Assembly (NCBI RefSeq): GCF_963921235.1
Contig: NC_086108.1
Span: forward strand, 82,772,001 to 82,836,000
Origin: Mobula hypostoma
Taxonomy: Eukaryota
DNA length: 64,000 nucleotides
Direction: 5' to 3'
A model generated the notes under the pieces. That model was given only the letters and a program-made list of their open reading frames with translations, did not search any database and was not told the DNA's origin. Positions within the stretch are counted from its first letter, which is position 1; the number at the start of each line of letters is the position of its first letter. Positions 24,153-35,509 of this stretch are shown piece after piece. A program made the position numbers and the translations under genes.

Positions 24153-24807
24153 ATTTAACCAGTTTTCTCCCATGTCCATACAAAGTTAACCAAGATCTTC
24201 ACCAGCTGCTTTCCTTTTCTTTCTACATTTATATATTCTTGCAACCTATTCATTGAAATGACATTGACTATTTTAATTATTATTGCTAGATAATGTGTTT
24301 GTCTGGGTCAGGTTTGTCCTTTATTCAAAAAATAAGCATACTGTCAATCTGGCCTTGTTTTTGTGAAACTTTGAGTAAGCTCATTTTTTCCCCCTCAACT
24401 TCATGGTTCTATACAACCATTTAAAGATTGCTTATTTAACATCTAGGCTTCTTCATAGCTTTGCAATGAAAGCCATAGATATTTAATAATTATGGCTAGA
24501 AATCAGATGGATTGGCCCATGTTGTTTAGCTGATAACAGTGCAAACATTGATTTTTTTTTCTTAATTTGCAATTATCTTCCTAGGTAAAACTATATCCTT
24601 CACAAAATTGGACCGGATAGTCCTGTATGCAACTCGCATTAGCATCCCACCCAAACTTTTTGTTGGTCAGGTACACAGGTAATGAAATCGCCATTACCAA
24701 CTTTCCTAACATAAATTGGATTTCAATGGTGCATGCTTGCCCAGGATAGAGTAGTATCTGTAGAAGCAGCAGGGGGGTTGCTATTCTATTGATTACTGAC
24801 CCCTCTT

Positions 24808-25075
24808 TTGAGATTCCTTTTTCTTCAGCTTCTTGCCTCATCTACCTATCACTTCCTGACTTCCAACCTCAATTCCTTTCATTCCCCCCCGCCCCCCCCC
24901 ACCCAACTGGTCTCACCTATTACCTGCCAGCTTGTGCTCCTCTTTTTATTCTGGCTTTTGCTCTCTTTCTTTCCAGCCTTGATGAAGCGTCTCAGCCAGA
25001 AATGTTGACTTTTCATTTTCATCTGACCTGCTGAGTCGCTCCAGCATTTTGTGTGTCTTGCTCAAGATTTCTAGC
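24808..25075 (+). mobile_element. PLE terminal fragment
   Basis: Reverse-complement similarity to 9644-9900, including the degenerate core TTGATGAAGCGTCTCAGCCAGAAATGTTGACT. Confidence 0.7.
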
Positions 25076-27029
25076 ATTGGCAGGAACTTCTGCGACTCTG
25101 AACATCATTCTAGGTTTTTTTCTTCTTGCTATTTATAGAGATGGTTTTCCCTATCAGGATATCTCACCAGCTAAATCAGATCTGACAACAGTCATTGCAA
25201 CCACCTATAAATACCGCCCTTGTGACAACAATGGCCACATGTTATTACTGCAGGCATTGCTATTGCCATGATTTGCAGCTTAGGGATGGTCAGGGTTCTC
25301 AGAGTGGATTGGTGAACTCAGGGAATCAGGCAAAGCCAAAACAATTAGTAAGGTGACTATTCCCACTAAGTCTTCAGAAACTACATCCCACCTGTACTTC
25401 TTGGATTAAGATGTAAAATGATGCGTGATGATCTTAGGTCCTGTTCTCATGTCTGGACTGTCCCTCCATGGAAATCAAGACAACATTGACTTTGAGCTTT
25501 CTCAACACATGATCTTTCCAAATGCTTTCAACATGTCTCTGCCCCATTTCCAAGCCACCTTTCACATTCTGCCTCGCAGAGGCTGCCCAGGAACTGTATG
25601 GGTTGAGAAATGATTTCTTCTACTTTTATTGCAGTGATGAACAGATTGGATCTCTAGCCCTGGGATTTGACTGCACTTATGTATTCAGAAGAGTTTCAGT
25701 TTGGAATACAGATCTTTTGCTCAATGGGAAAAGATTCTTCTCCTTATACTGCATACTCTTGTGAATTATCATCCAAATTTATTCAAGGTCAAAATCACAT
25801 TTCTGCCAAGCTCAAATGACATCACCATCCTTAAAGAAATTGGACTACCAGACATTTTCAGCAGTTGGAGAGATGGAACCTGAGAGACAAGAGCTTTTGG
25901 TAATTTTATAGCTGCTCACACCAATTTGTATAAATCTACCTTAAATATACTGCAATAATAAAATAAGTGTCACACAAATTGTAGAAGCACAGTGGAATAT
26001 GCCATCAACTCTCTAAAAGTGAGATTCTGTGACGACATTCGTGAGCAGATGCCTTGCAGAGTCGACAGGTGCAGAGAATTCACCATGGTGCATAGCATTG
26101 CCAGCTAGATGGCTGCTGCTTCAGGAGGAGGAATGATATACAACCCTCTATGGAACAAGAGTTAAAGCGCGAAGACCAGCAGTATTAGAAGGAGATGTTT
26201 AAGGTCTTCATGGAAATCAGCCTGAGCAGGATTAGTCACACCTCCAAGGATTGTGGAGCTGGATGGAGTTAATCTGGGTGTCAGGGCAAGGGGAGGGTCC
26301 ATTCTGTAAGATCAATACTGATCAAATTGTAAGTATTCAATTGGCTCCTATTATCCTGCTTTTTTTTTTGGTGCAAACCGCCCAAAGGTGTTCAAAAAGG
26401 TGGCTTACTGACTAACTTCACGATTGTTTCTGGGGACTTGAATAAGCATTAATACTGAAAGCAATGGAGAGTGAAAATCAGTGAAATCAAGTTAATAAAA
26501 GTAACCATGAGAAGTAAAGTGTATTTAAAAATAAAATTGACTCATCATTGTAACATACTGTAAAAAGCTTTTCTTACATGTCATCCATACCGCTTATTTT
26601 GCATTGAGGTTGTACAAGGCAAAACAATGACATAATACAGAATAAAGTGTTATTGTTACAGAGAAAGTGCAGTGTAGGCAAGCCATAAGGTGCAAGGCTG
26701 TAAATAGTTAGATTGGAGTGGATTGCCAATGACCTTTTTCCCAGGGTGGAAATAACTAATACGAGGGGGCATAATTTTAAGGTGATTGGAGGAAAGTGCT
26801 GTCAGGGGTGGTGGTAGAAGCAGATTCATTAGGGAAACTGTTAGATAAACACATCAATGATAGAAAAATGGTGGGCTACGTAGGAGGGAAGGGTTAGATT
26901 GATCTTAGAGTTGGTTAAAATGTTCTCACAACCTCCTGGGCTGAAGGACCGGTAACATTTTATTATCTATTGTAAGGTCATTAATCCATTGCATCATATA
27001 AAGAGAGCATCCAATAGTCCTGCTACAGG

Positions 27030-27900
27030 ATGTTATGCTTGGGATGGCTTCTTGAAGCAATACATTGAAGTAGCAACCCGGGAGCAGGCTATTTCAGATC
27101 TGGTCTGTCTAATGAGACAGAATTAACAAATGATCTCATAATAAATAATCCCCTTAGAGTGATCATAGCACAGCAACATTAAAGAATCAATTTGTGGGTG
27201 AGAAGTCTAGATCTGAAAACCAGTGTCTTAAACTTAAATATGGGCAATTAAAAACAGGATATGAGAGGAGCTGGCTACAACGGTCTGGGAAAATAGATTA
27301 AGATGTTGATCAGGAGTTTAAACTATTAAGTATTAACTATTAAGTATTCATAAATTTCAGAAAAGATGTATTTCCACAAGGAAGAAAGATTCCATAAGAA
27401 AGGTGCATTATCTGTTGCTAAGTATGGAAATTAAAGATAATATCAAACTGAACCAAAAAATATATAATTTTGTGACACTTTGTGTATTATGGTTCTATTA
27501 CTATTTATTATTTATGGAGCGACTGTAACAAAAACCAATTTCCCCCGGGATTAATAAAGTATGACTACTACTACTACTACTAGAGGCTTGGGAAAATTTT
27601 AGAAATCAGCAAGTACTGACAAAAGTAATTCTGAAGAGGGATAAGCTAGAATATAAAGGTGAACGAGTGAATAATATGAAATCACAGTGGAGAGTTTCTA
27701 TAGACATACACAAAGGAAGAAAGTGGCTTAAGTAAATAATAATTTATTAGAACAAGGCTGGAAAATAAATAATGGATAGTAGAGAAATGAAAGTTTCCAA
27801 ATAATTATTTGGATTTGTTTTCATGGTACAAGACATCAAAACATTCTGATTATAATAGAAAATTAGGAGCTATAGTAAAGAAGGAAATTATAGTAATCTC
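27030..27900 (+). mobile_element. Very old CR1 ORF2 fragment containing a short LINE tail insertion (about 27480-27583, (CTA)n)
   Basis: Degenerate colinearity with 51850-52580. The inner piece ends GGGATTAATAAAGTATGA(CTA)n. Confidence 0.6.
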
Positions 27901-28000
27901 TATCATGATGCAATCATTAAGAAGGCAGTTCTACTTTGTTAGGAGCTTGAGGAGATTTGTTACCAAAGACTCTAGCAAATTTTCATAGATGTGTGGTGGA

Positions 28001-28135
28001 GAGCATTCTGACTGGAGGCTCCAATGCACAGGGTTATAAGAGCATTCTGACTGGAGGCTCCAATGCACAGGGTTATAAGAGCATTCTGACTGGAGGCTCC
28101 AATGCACAGGGTTATAAGAGTATTCTGACTGGAGG
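28001..28135 (+). repeat. 39-bp minisatellite, 3 perfect copies plus a partial copy, inside a Rex1 fragment (about 27917-28230)
   Basis: Unit GAGCATTCTGACTGGAGGCTCCAATGCACAGGGTTATAA starts at 28001, 28040 and 28079, with a partial copy at 28118. Confidence 0.95.
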
Positions 28136-28284
28136 ATTATAAGAAGTTTCAGTGTGTTGTAGGCCCAGCCAGCTCCTTCACAGGCACAAGTATCCCCAGT
28201 GTCAACAACTTCTTAAAGTGGTGGTGTCTCACGAATTGCCCAGTAGCTCTCATATCTACTGTAATGAAGTGCTTTTTTAAAAAT

Positions 28285-28523
28285 TTAATTTAACTGAGTT
28301 TTTATTTTTTGAGGTACAGTGTAGAATAGAACCTTCAGGCCCTCCGAGCTGTATCGCCCAGCAATCCCCGATTTAGCACTGTCCAGATCATGGGACAATT
28401 TACAATGACCAATTACCCTATCGACTGGTACATCTCTGGATTGTGGGAGGGAACCAGGGGACCTGGAGGAAGCCCCCGTGGTCACGGAGAGAACCTACAA
28501 ACTCCTTACAGGTAGTGGCAGTA
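28285..28523 (-). mobile_element. V-domain-type SINE fragment
   Basis: Reverse-complement similarity to 55650-55875. Confidence 0.65.
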
Positions 28524-29044
28524 CATGGCTAGAATCAACTCCTGCCTAAGCAAGGACACAGACCCATGGCAATTTGCCTATTCCCACAATAGATGGGACA
28601 TCCCTCTATTATTATCTGCCTTGAAAAGATTATTTAAAAGAACAGGTCTTTTGGCACTGGCTTTGTTCGATTGGATTGTTCCATCATCTGTTGCTCCTTC
28701 ACTGTGCTATTTGATAATGGGGAATCTGCTGTTTCTCTAATCCCATTGCCCACCTCACTCCAAATGGAGTTATTAATGGTTCCCTTTATCTTATGCATTG
28801 CACAGGAAGAATGAAAGGAGCCGAGGTTCTCAATGGATTTTCATCCTATCTGCTCAGTTCCCACTATGCTGCCACACTCTCAAACCCTTAACTCTACCTC
28901 TTCCACTGTTGTCACTTCTGCACTTCTACATTTTGCACTATTCAATTGCTTTGAAACTCGTGGCGGAATTGCTGCTTACTCTGGCAGCTTCATGCAAGTA
29001 AGTGTACATTGGTGTACATGATAATAAGTTAACCTGATGTCATC

Positions 29045-29370
29045 AGTGGCAGTTTAACGGCTAGCATAGCACTTTATTGTGCTGGCTATCACAGTCGGAG
29101 TTCAATTCCGGCCGCCGTCTCTATGGAGTTAGTACGTTGTCCCCATGACTCTGACTGGCTTTCCTCTGTGTTCCAGTGTTCTTCCACATTTGAAAGCCGT
29201 ACTGGTTAGGATTAGTACATTTTGCACATTCTATGTTGACACTCGGAGCATAGCGAGACTTGTGGGCTGACCCCAGCACATCCTCGGACTATGTTGCTTG
29301 TTGACATGAACAACACATTTCTCTGTATATTTTGATGTACATGTGACAAATAAAGCTGACCCTAATCTTA
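29045..29370 (+). mobile_element. V-domain-type SINE
   Basis: B-box-like GAGTTCAATTCC, V-like TTCCAGTGTTCTTCCACATTTGAAAG, tail GATGTACATGTGACAAATAAAGCT. Confidence 0.65.
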
Positions 29371-30171
29371 TGTTGAGTAAAGGAAGTTGACAAGCTCTGA
29401 TGGGTAAATTTTGAAACACCTAAAAAGAGGGAGAGGGGCAGCTTCTTGCTATTTTACTCCCTTCATCTCACCCCACACAAGTTACCCACTGAGAAATCTC
29501 AGGTTCAAGTTCAAACGTAATTGTCACTCAACTATACGTAAATACCCATGAATACAGCCAAATGAAACAGTGTTCATCTGAGGCCAAGTTGCAAAACACA
29601 GAACCAACGGTCATACACAGCACATGGCATATTTGACACATGTAATTATGAAAACAGTAAACATACAGTCACAGAAAAAAATAAAGAATCTCATCCTTGT
29701 TCAACTGTTACAGACTCAGCTGTGTTTTTACATTTCCTCCCGCATTTTCAGGTTCAACTTTGACAGTCTCACTGCAGTACCATCATTCTTCCTGGATGAT
29801 TACAGCTACAGCTTGTACTTACAAATTATTCTTTGCATAGTTAAAAACCCCAAAACAACTCACAGGATTTGTTTTGAGAAACATGACAGGGGCAAATAAC
29901 TAAAGTTTTATTAACGGAAGAAAGAAGCACTGAGCGATAGATAGGGAATTCAAAGTAGTTGAAGGTCCAAAGCCAGTCTTTGAAATCAGAGATACTAGGG
30001 AGATGAGAAATGGAAGAGTGCAGATATATTGGAGCGTTAACTGACTAGTGGAGATTACAGAGGCAGAGAGGATCAACACCATGAAGATGATTTGAAGATA
30101 TGATGAGAATTTTTGAACAGAATGATTGTTTAGAGCTACTGGACGTTGGGACCTGCTGCAATGAATGGTTA

Positions 30172-30560
30172 AAGATGAGCTTACTTGTCGCATGTACATC
30201 AAAACATACAGTGAAATGTGTTGTTTGCATCATTCTTTGTGAGGTGCTGGGGGCAGCCCACGTATGTGCCATGCTTCCAGTGCGAACACAGGGTGCCCCA
30301 CAATTTACTATCCCTAACCCATAAGTATGAGGAAGTCTGCAGATACTGGAAATCCAAAGCAACGCACACAAAATGCTGGAGGAACTCAGCAGGTCAGGCA
30401 GCATCTATGGAAATGAATATATCTTTTAGAGATGTGGGGGGAAATTGGAGCACCTGGAGGAAACCTATGCAGCAACAGGGAGAACAGACAAACTCCTTAC
30501 AGACAATGATGAGAATTCAAACCTCGATCCTCTGATTGTTGGCGCCGTCACTAACCACTT
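30172..30560 (-). mobile_element. V-domain-type SINE interrupted by a PLE terminal fragment (about 30327-30420)
   Basis: Flanks match 29045-29370 in reverse. The inner piece matches 9644-9705. Confidence 0.65.
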
Positions 30561-30745
30561 AACATCTCTATATGTAATCAACTAGTCCAGATCATAGTGC
30601 AGCTTTCATCCTTAATTAAGCACCCAAGAAGCTTTATTTGTAATATTAAAGGTGCTCTGTAAACACAAGTCATTATTGTTAGTACAACAAAGGTAAGAAA
30701 AGGAAAATGCAACTTGAGGTCTGGCAAGTGTCTGCATCTCACATA

Positions 30746-31591
30746 TTTATCATCATCGTCTGCCAGAGCCTCGGTGACCACTTTCTTCCGCTGCGATCTG
30801 TCGCCAGTCAAACCTCTTGCATCTCTGGCAGTGAGGTTGGTCCACTTCTTGATGTTGTCAATCCAGGTTGTCCTCTGTCTGCCTCGAGAGCGGCTTCCTT
30901 CTGCTCTGCCTTCAAGCACAGTGCGTTCCAGTGTGTCATCAGTTCTTCAGATGTGTCCAAAATAGCAAAGTTTCCTTTGGATAATGGTTTCCAGAAGTAT
31001 TGGTTTCGTGCCAATCCTTTCTAGGATGAAATCATTGAATTTCCTTTCAATGTATGATACCCTGAGGATCCGTCTGTATGTCTACATCTCAAATGCTGTC
31101 AGCTTCTTTTCATCAGCTGCTTTCAGGGTCCATGTTTCACAGCCATATTGGGTTACTGGCCAGACGAGACTCTCGAGGAGGCGTATCTTGGCGTAAGGGC
31201 TCACAGATCTATCTTTCCAGATGTTGCAGAGTTTGGTAGTGCTTGTGCGTGCCTTTGCTAGCCTCCGCCTTATTTCCTTGCTGCATTCGTTTGTGTCATT
31301 TAGTACTGCACCAAGGTATATAAAGGAGGACACTTGTCTGATCTTGTCATTTCTGATGTAGATGTCAGCTCGAATTGCAGTTTTGCTTATCACCATAACT
31401 TTGGTCTTTTTGCCATTTATCAGCAATCCAAATTCAGCAGAGACTTTTGCAACATTATTGAGTAGTGCTTGTAGGTCTTCTTCTGTTGTGGCTAGCAGGG
31501 CTGTGTCATCTGCGTATCTCAAGTTACTGATGGTTCTTCCTCTTATTTTAATGCCAGTGTTGTCTGGAATTGCCAGTCTCATGATCATCTC
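30746..31591 (-). mobile_element. 5'-truncated RTE-clade LINE
   Basis: NLRYADDTALLA, EIRRRLAKAR, YGCETWTL and GSRSRGRQRTTW in one frame with two stops. (GAT)n tail. 9-bp TSD TCTCACATA at 30737-30745 and 31592-31600. Confidence 0.92.
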
Positions 31592-33009
31592 TCTCACATA
31601 CTAGTGAAATCAAGTCCTTACAAACAGTTTACTTTCAAACGGTTTCTGAGGGTTAATGAATCCCTTTGTAAAATACACTCTTCAGAAGTCTGCCCCTCAA
31701 GATTTGTTGCTAACGTAGCAATGTATTTTTCATTTCATGTAAAATGAGCAAAAGACATGCCTTAGGTTTGCCTGACCCCAACAGAACAGCCCAACAGGAA
31801 CACAGGTGAATGGGAACACGGAGATGATACTAATCAACGTACATTTTCAGGATATTAAATCCTTTAAAGTTACAATAAATCAGAAAAATACAGTTTGAAC
31901 TTAAGAATAGATTTATTCTAAACATGAGATTAATACTCATTGCCTTGAAGAGATCCAATGATCTACTGTTGCAGTGACAGAAACAAAGTAAAGATTTGTG
32001 TCCCATAATCCAGTAGAGCTAATTACAAGGTAAAATGAGCTACTGAAACATCCCAATGACTTCTCTAACAAGGATAATTTCACTGCTTACACAGCTGTCA
32101 GTAGCAGTCTTCCATTCAGTCTGCAAAACCTATTAACTCCTTTTAACAATTTATGATGTTCAATAACTGATTAGGAAGCTCTGGGTTCATCATTTAGATC
32201 TGTGCGGACAGTTTGTGACCATTACTGGAAAATCGATGAGTTTATACCAGAATCACTAATTATCTGTCACCTTAACTACTGCCTCATTAGGCTGTTTGAT
32301 TTTGTTGGTTTTAATTTAAGCTAAGTAGTTGAGTATATTAAGGGCATGAGTTTTATGAATTCAACCTAATTAAATGTGACATTTCCTTCTTCACCAATGC
32401 CACTAACATGGACACAGAAAATAAATCTGCACATTCACAGATGGATAATTATTTTGGTTATCTGTGGAATAACCACATTTCTCCGTTTCCTGCATTGAAA
32501 GGTAGACAATAAAAACAAAAAGTGCTGGGAATACTTATTATAGATCTTACCACAACTTTGTAAAGAGAAATAGAGTTGATGCTTCAGCTCAAAGATCATT
32601 TATCAGCACGGGGAAAGAGAAGAAAAATTGTTTGTGATTTTGGCTTAGTTTTTCTCTGTGTTGGCTTATCTGGTAATATCCTACACCTTTTCACTGATCT
32701 TTTTGTATTTTCACTCTCCAACGAGCCTCATACCAAAGCTTTCCTTCTATTTTTTCTATCTCTAATTCCATCCCCATTAACCTATTGACAAGGTGACCTC
32801 CACAACCTATCCCCATGGTGACCCTGATGTCATCCTGAAAGAAACATTCCCTTTTGTCTTATCCATTTCATTTTGATGGATATTCATTTCCACAATTTAA
32901 CACTAACCTGTTTTTTCCTTTTTGTCATACTTATGAAGGGCCTGGATCTCCACCCCATGCAGAAATTCCATCTGACTTGTTGAATGATTCCAGGATTTCT
33001 TGTCTTCAT

Positions 33010-34140
33010 TCTCAGTCAGTTTGGATTAGCAACATCTCCTCCCCAATCTCCATCACCCCACAAGGCCTTGAGCTTAGCCTCCTGCTCTGCTCACATTACA
33101 CTTGTGACTGTGTTGCTAAGCACAGCTTCAATGCCATATTCAAGTTTGCTGATGACACCACTGTCATAGGCTGAAATAAATATGGCGACGAATCAGCATA
33201 TAGGAGGGAGATTGAAAACCTGGCTGAGTGCTGCCATAACAACGATCTCTTACTCAATGTCAGCAAGACTAAGGAGCCTGATTATAGACCTCAGGAAAAG
33301 GAAACCAGAGGTCCATGAGCCTGTCCTCACTGCAGGATCAGACATGGAGAGGGTCAGCAACTTGAAGTTCCTTCATGTTATTATTTTGGAGGACCTGCCC
33401 TAGGCCCAGCACGTAAGGGTAATTGCAAAGGAAGTAGGGCAGCATCTCTACTTCCTTAGGAGTTTGCAAAGGTCCAGCGTGACATGTAAAACTTTCACAA
33501 ACTTTGACAAACTTCTGTAGAGAGTGTATTGATTGGCTGAATCACAGCCTGGTATGGAAGCACCAATGCCCTTGAGTGGAAATTCCTACAAAATGTAGTG
33601 GACACAGCACAGTCCGTCATGGGCAAAGCCCTTCCCACCATTAAGCACATCTGCATGAAATGTCACAGAAAAGCAGCATCCATCATCAGGGACCTCCACC
33701 ACCCAGGACATGCTTTCTTCTCACTGCTGCCATCAGGAAGGTGGTACAGGAGCTTTAGGATGCACAATGCAAGGTTCAGGCACAGTTATTACCCTTCAAC
33801 CATTGGGCTCTTGAACCAAAGGGGATGACTTCACTCAAATTCACTTCATCATTAAAATATTTCCACAACCTCTGGACTCATTTTCAAGGACTGTTCGTCT
33901 CATGCTCTTGATATTTTTTGGTTATTTATTTATTATTATTATTATTATTATTTCTTTCTTTCTGCATTTGCACAGTTTGTTGTCTTTTTCACATTGGTTG
34001 AACATTCAAGTTGGTGCAGTCTTCCATTGATTCTATTATAGTTATTATTCTATTATGGATTTATTAAGTATGCTTCCAAGAAAATGAATCTCAGCATTCT
34101 ATATGGTGAGATTATGTGTTTTTTTTAATAAATTCACTGT
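33010..34140 (+). mobile_element. Rex1-type LINE fragment
   Basis: FKFADDTTVIG and HHPGHAFFSLLPSGR remnants. Confidence 0.8.
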
Positions 34141-35164
34141 GGACTTCACTTTGAATTTTAACTTTTCAGGATCTATAGTGTTTTGATTTTCATTGAAAAG
34201 CAGAGGTTAGTTAAGCTATAATGGTCATCACTATAAGCTTTACACGGGTCTGAGATATTCCATAGTTACATTGACTATAGCTTTATGCTTCCAGCAATCT
34301 CTTTTGCACAGTGATAAATGGAAGTTTAAGAGATATATGAATCTTATTAGTTGCAAATACTAAGTGCATCAATTTGATGTTTCTTTGCTGTTGTGTGTAG
34401 CCTCAAAACTTATGTGCATTACTGCTTCGATACACTTTATTTATGGCACTAACTGTAGGAGATAAAACTAACATCAAGGTAAGGTTTCTAATGGAAGATT
34501 TCACCCTTGCTTAGACATTGAAGAATTTTAGGAGGTAATTCAATGGCATGTTGGTAAATTTACTTATGTTGAAGGTATATTTCACTGTTGCAGTGGTCGC
34601 ACAGGAAAGATATATAGCGTTCAACAGACTTCAATCTAAATAAAATATGAATTGAACTTTAAAAAACACCTTAATCAAAATCTTTATACATAACCTTCAT
34701 GCTTTTTTTTTATTGATTTGAAGATGTCCAAAATTGAGCACTGGAAAAATCAGTTGTCACCATGTTGTTTTTGAAAATAGTTGAAAGTGATGGAAGTTAT
34801 TTGTTGAAGATCTTTCTGACCTGTTTGCAGTTACGGCAAAAATCTTATGCAGTGAGTCAGAGGATCAAAATTGTCTCTTGTAAGTTGAAATGGGATTTTT
34901 CAGATTTGTTGACCTGACCATTTTGCCTCTCTTTGTGTTTTCTTGGATACCAGGTGGAAGACCATGAACACCCTGACCCTACTCTCACGTAAAAATAAAA
35001 CTAGTAGTTTTTTGTTCCTGTTTCATGTTTTTTCATTTCTCTCTTTTGAAAGTGTGAAGATTCCGAATTCTTTCAAGATATCCATGGGATGACTGCTAAA
35101 AATATCTTAATGAAGAAGCTAGCAGAACAAAGAGTTACCGTTAGCAGGAATCTCATGAAGAAGG

Positions 35165-35509
35165 AACAGAGGAGAAGGAGTAGGCTGTCATGCTCTTCAT
35201 TCCTACCCTTCCACTCATGTCATTGTGACTGTGTCAACGCTCCACAACCAATACCTTGATTTTATAACTACTTATCCATCTCTATCTCAAATACTTCTTG
35301 TGATCTTGCCACCACGACCAACTTGGGCAGAGAATTCTGGAGATTCATCACTCTCTGGGAGAAGAAATTTCTATGCAGCTCAGTTTTAAATGATATAGCC
35401 TTTATTTTGTAGCTACGTCCCCTTGTCCATGACTCTCCCAGTGGTGAAAACATCTCAACATCTACCTTGTTAAGCTCCCCCAGGATATCGTATTGTTGAA
35501 TAAGTTCAC
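35165..35509 (-). mobile_element. Old CR1 3' end, continuing at about 39346-39840 beyond the Gypsy insertion
   Basis: TRGRSYKI...NFFSQRVMNL remnant. CR1 similarity resumes colinearly after 39345. Confidence 0.75.

Noticed and set aside
24581..24841. Host exon or 86-aa ORF
   Set aside because: Partly overlaps a PLE fragment, another frame gives ILGKHAPLK reminiscent of an old LINE, and no recognisable protein or compatible exon chain was found.
28001..28135. CRISPR-like array or repeat protein (SILTGGSNAQGYK)n
   Set aside because: Units are directly adjacent with no unique spacers, there are no cas genes, the context is eukaryotic and the unit derives from a LINE.
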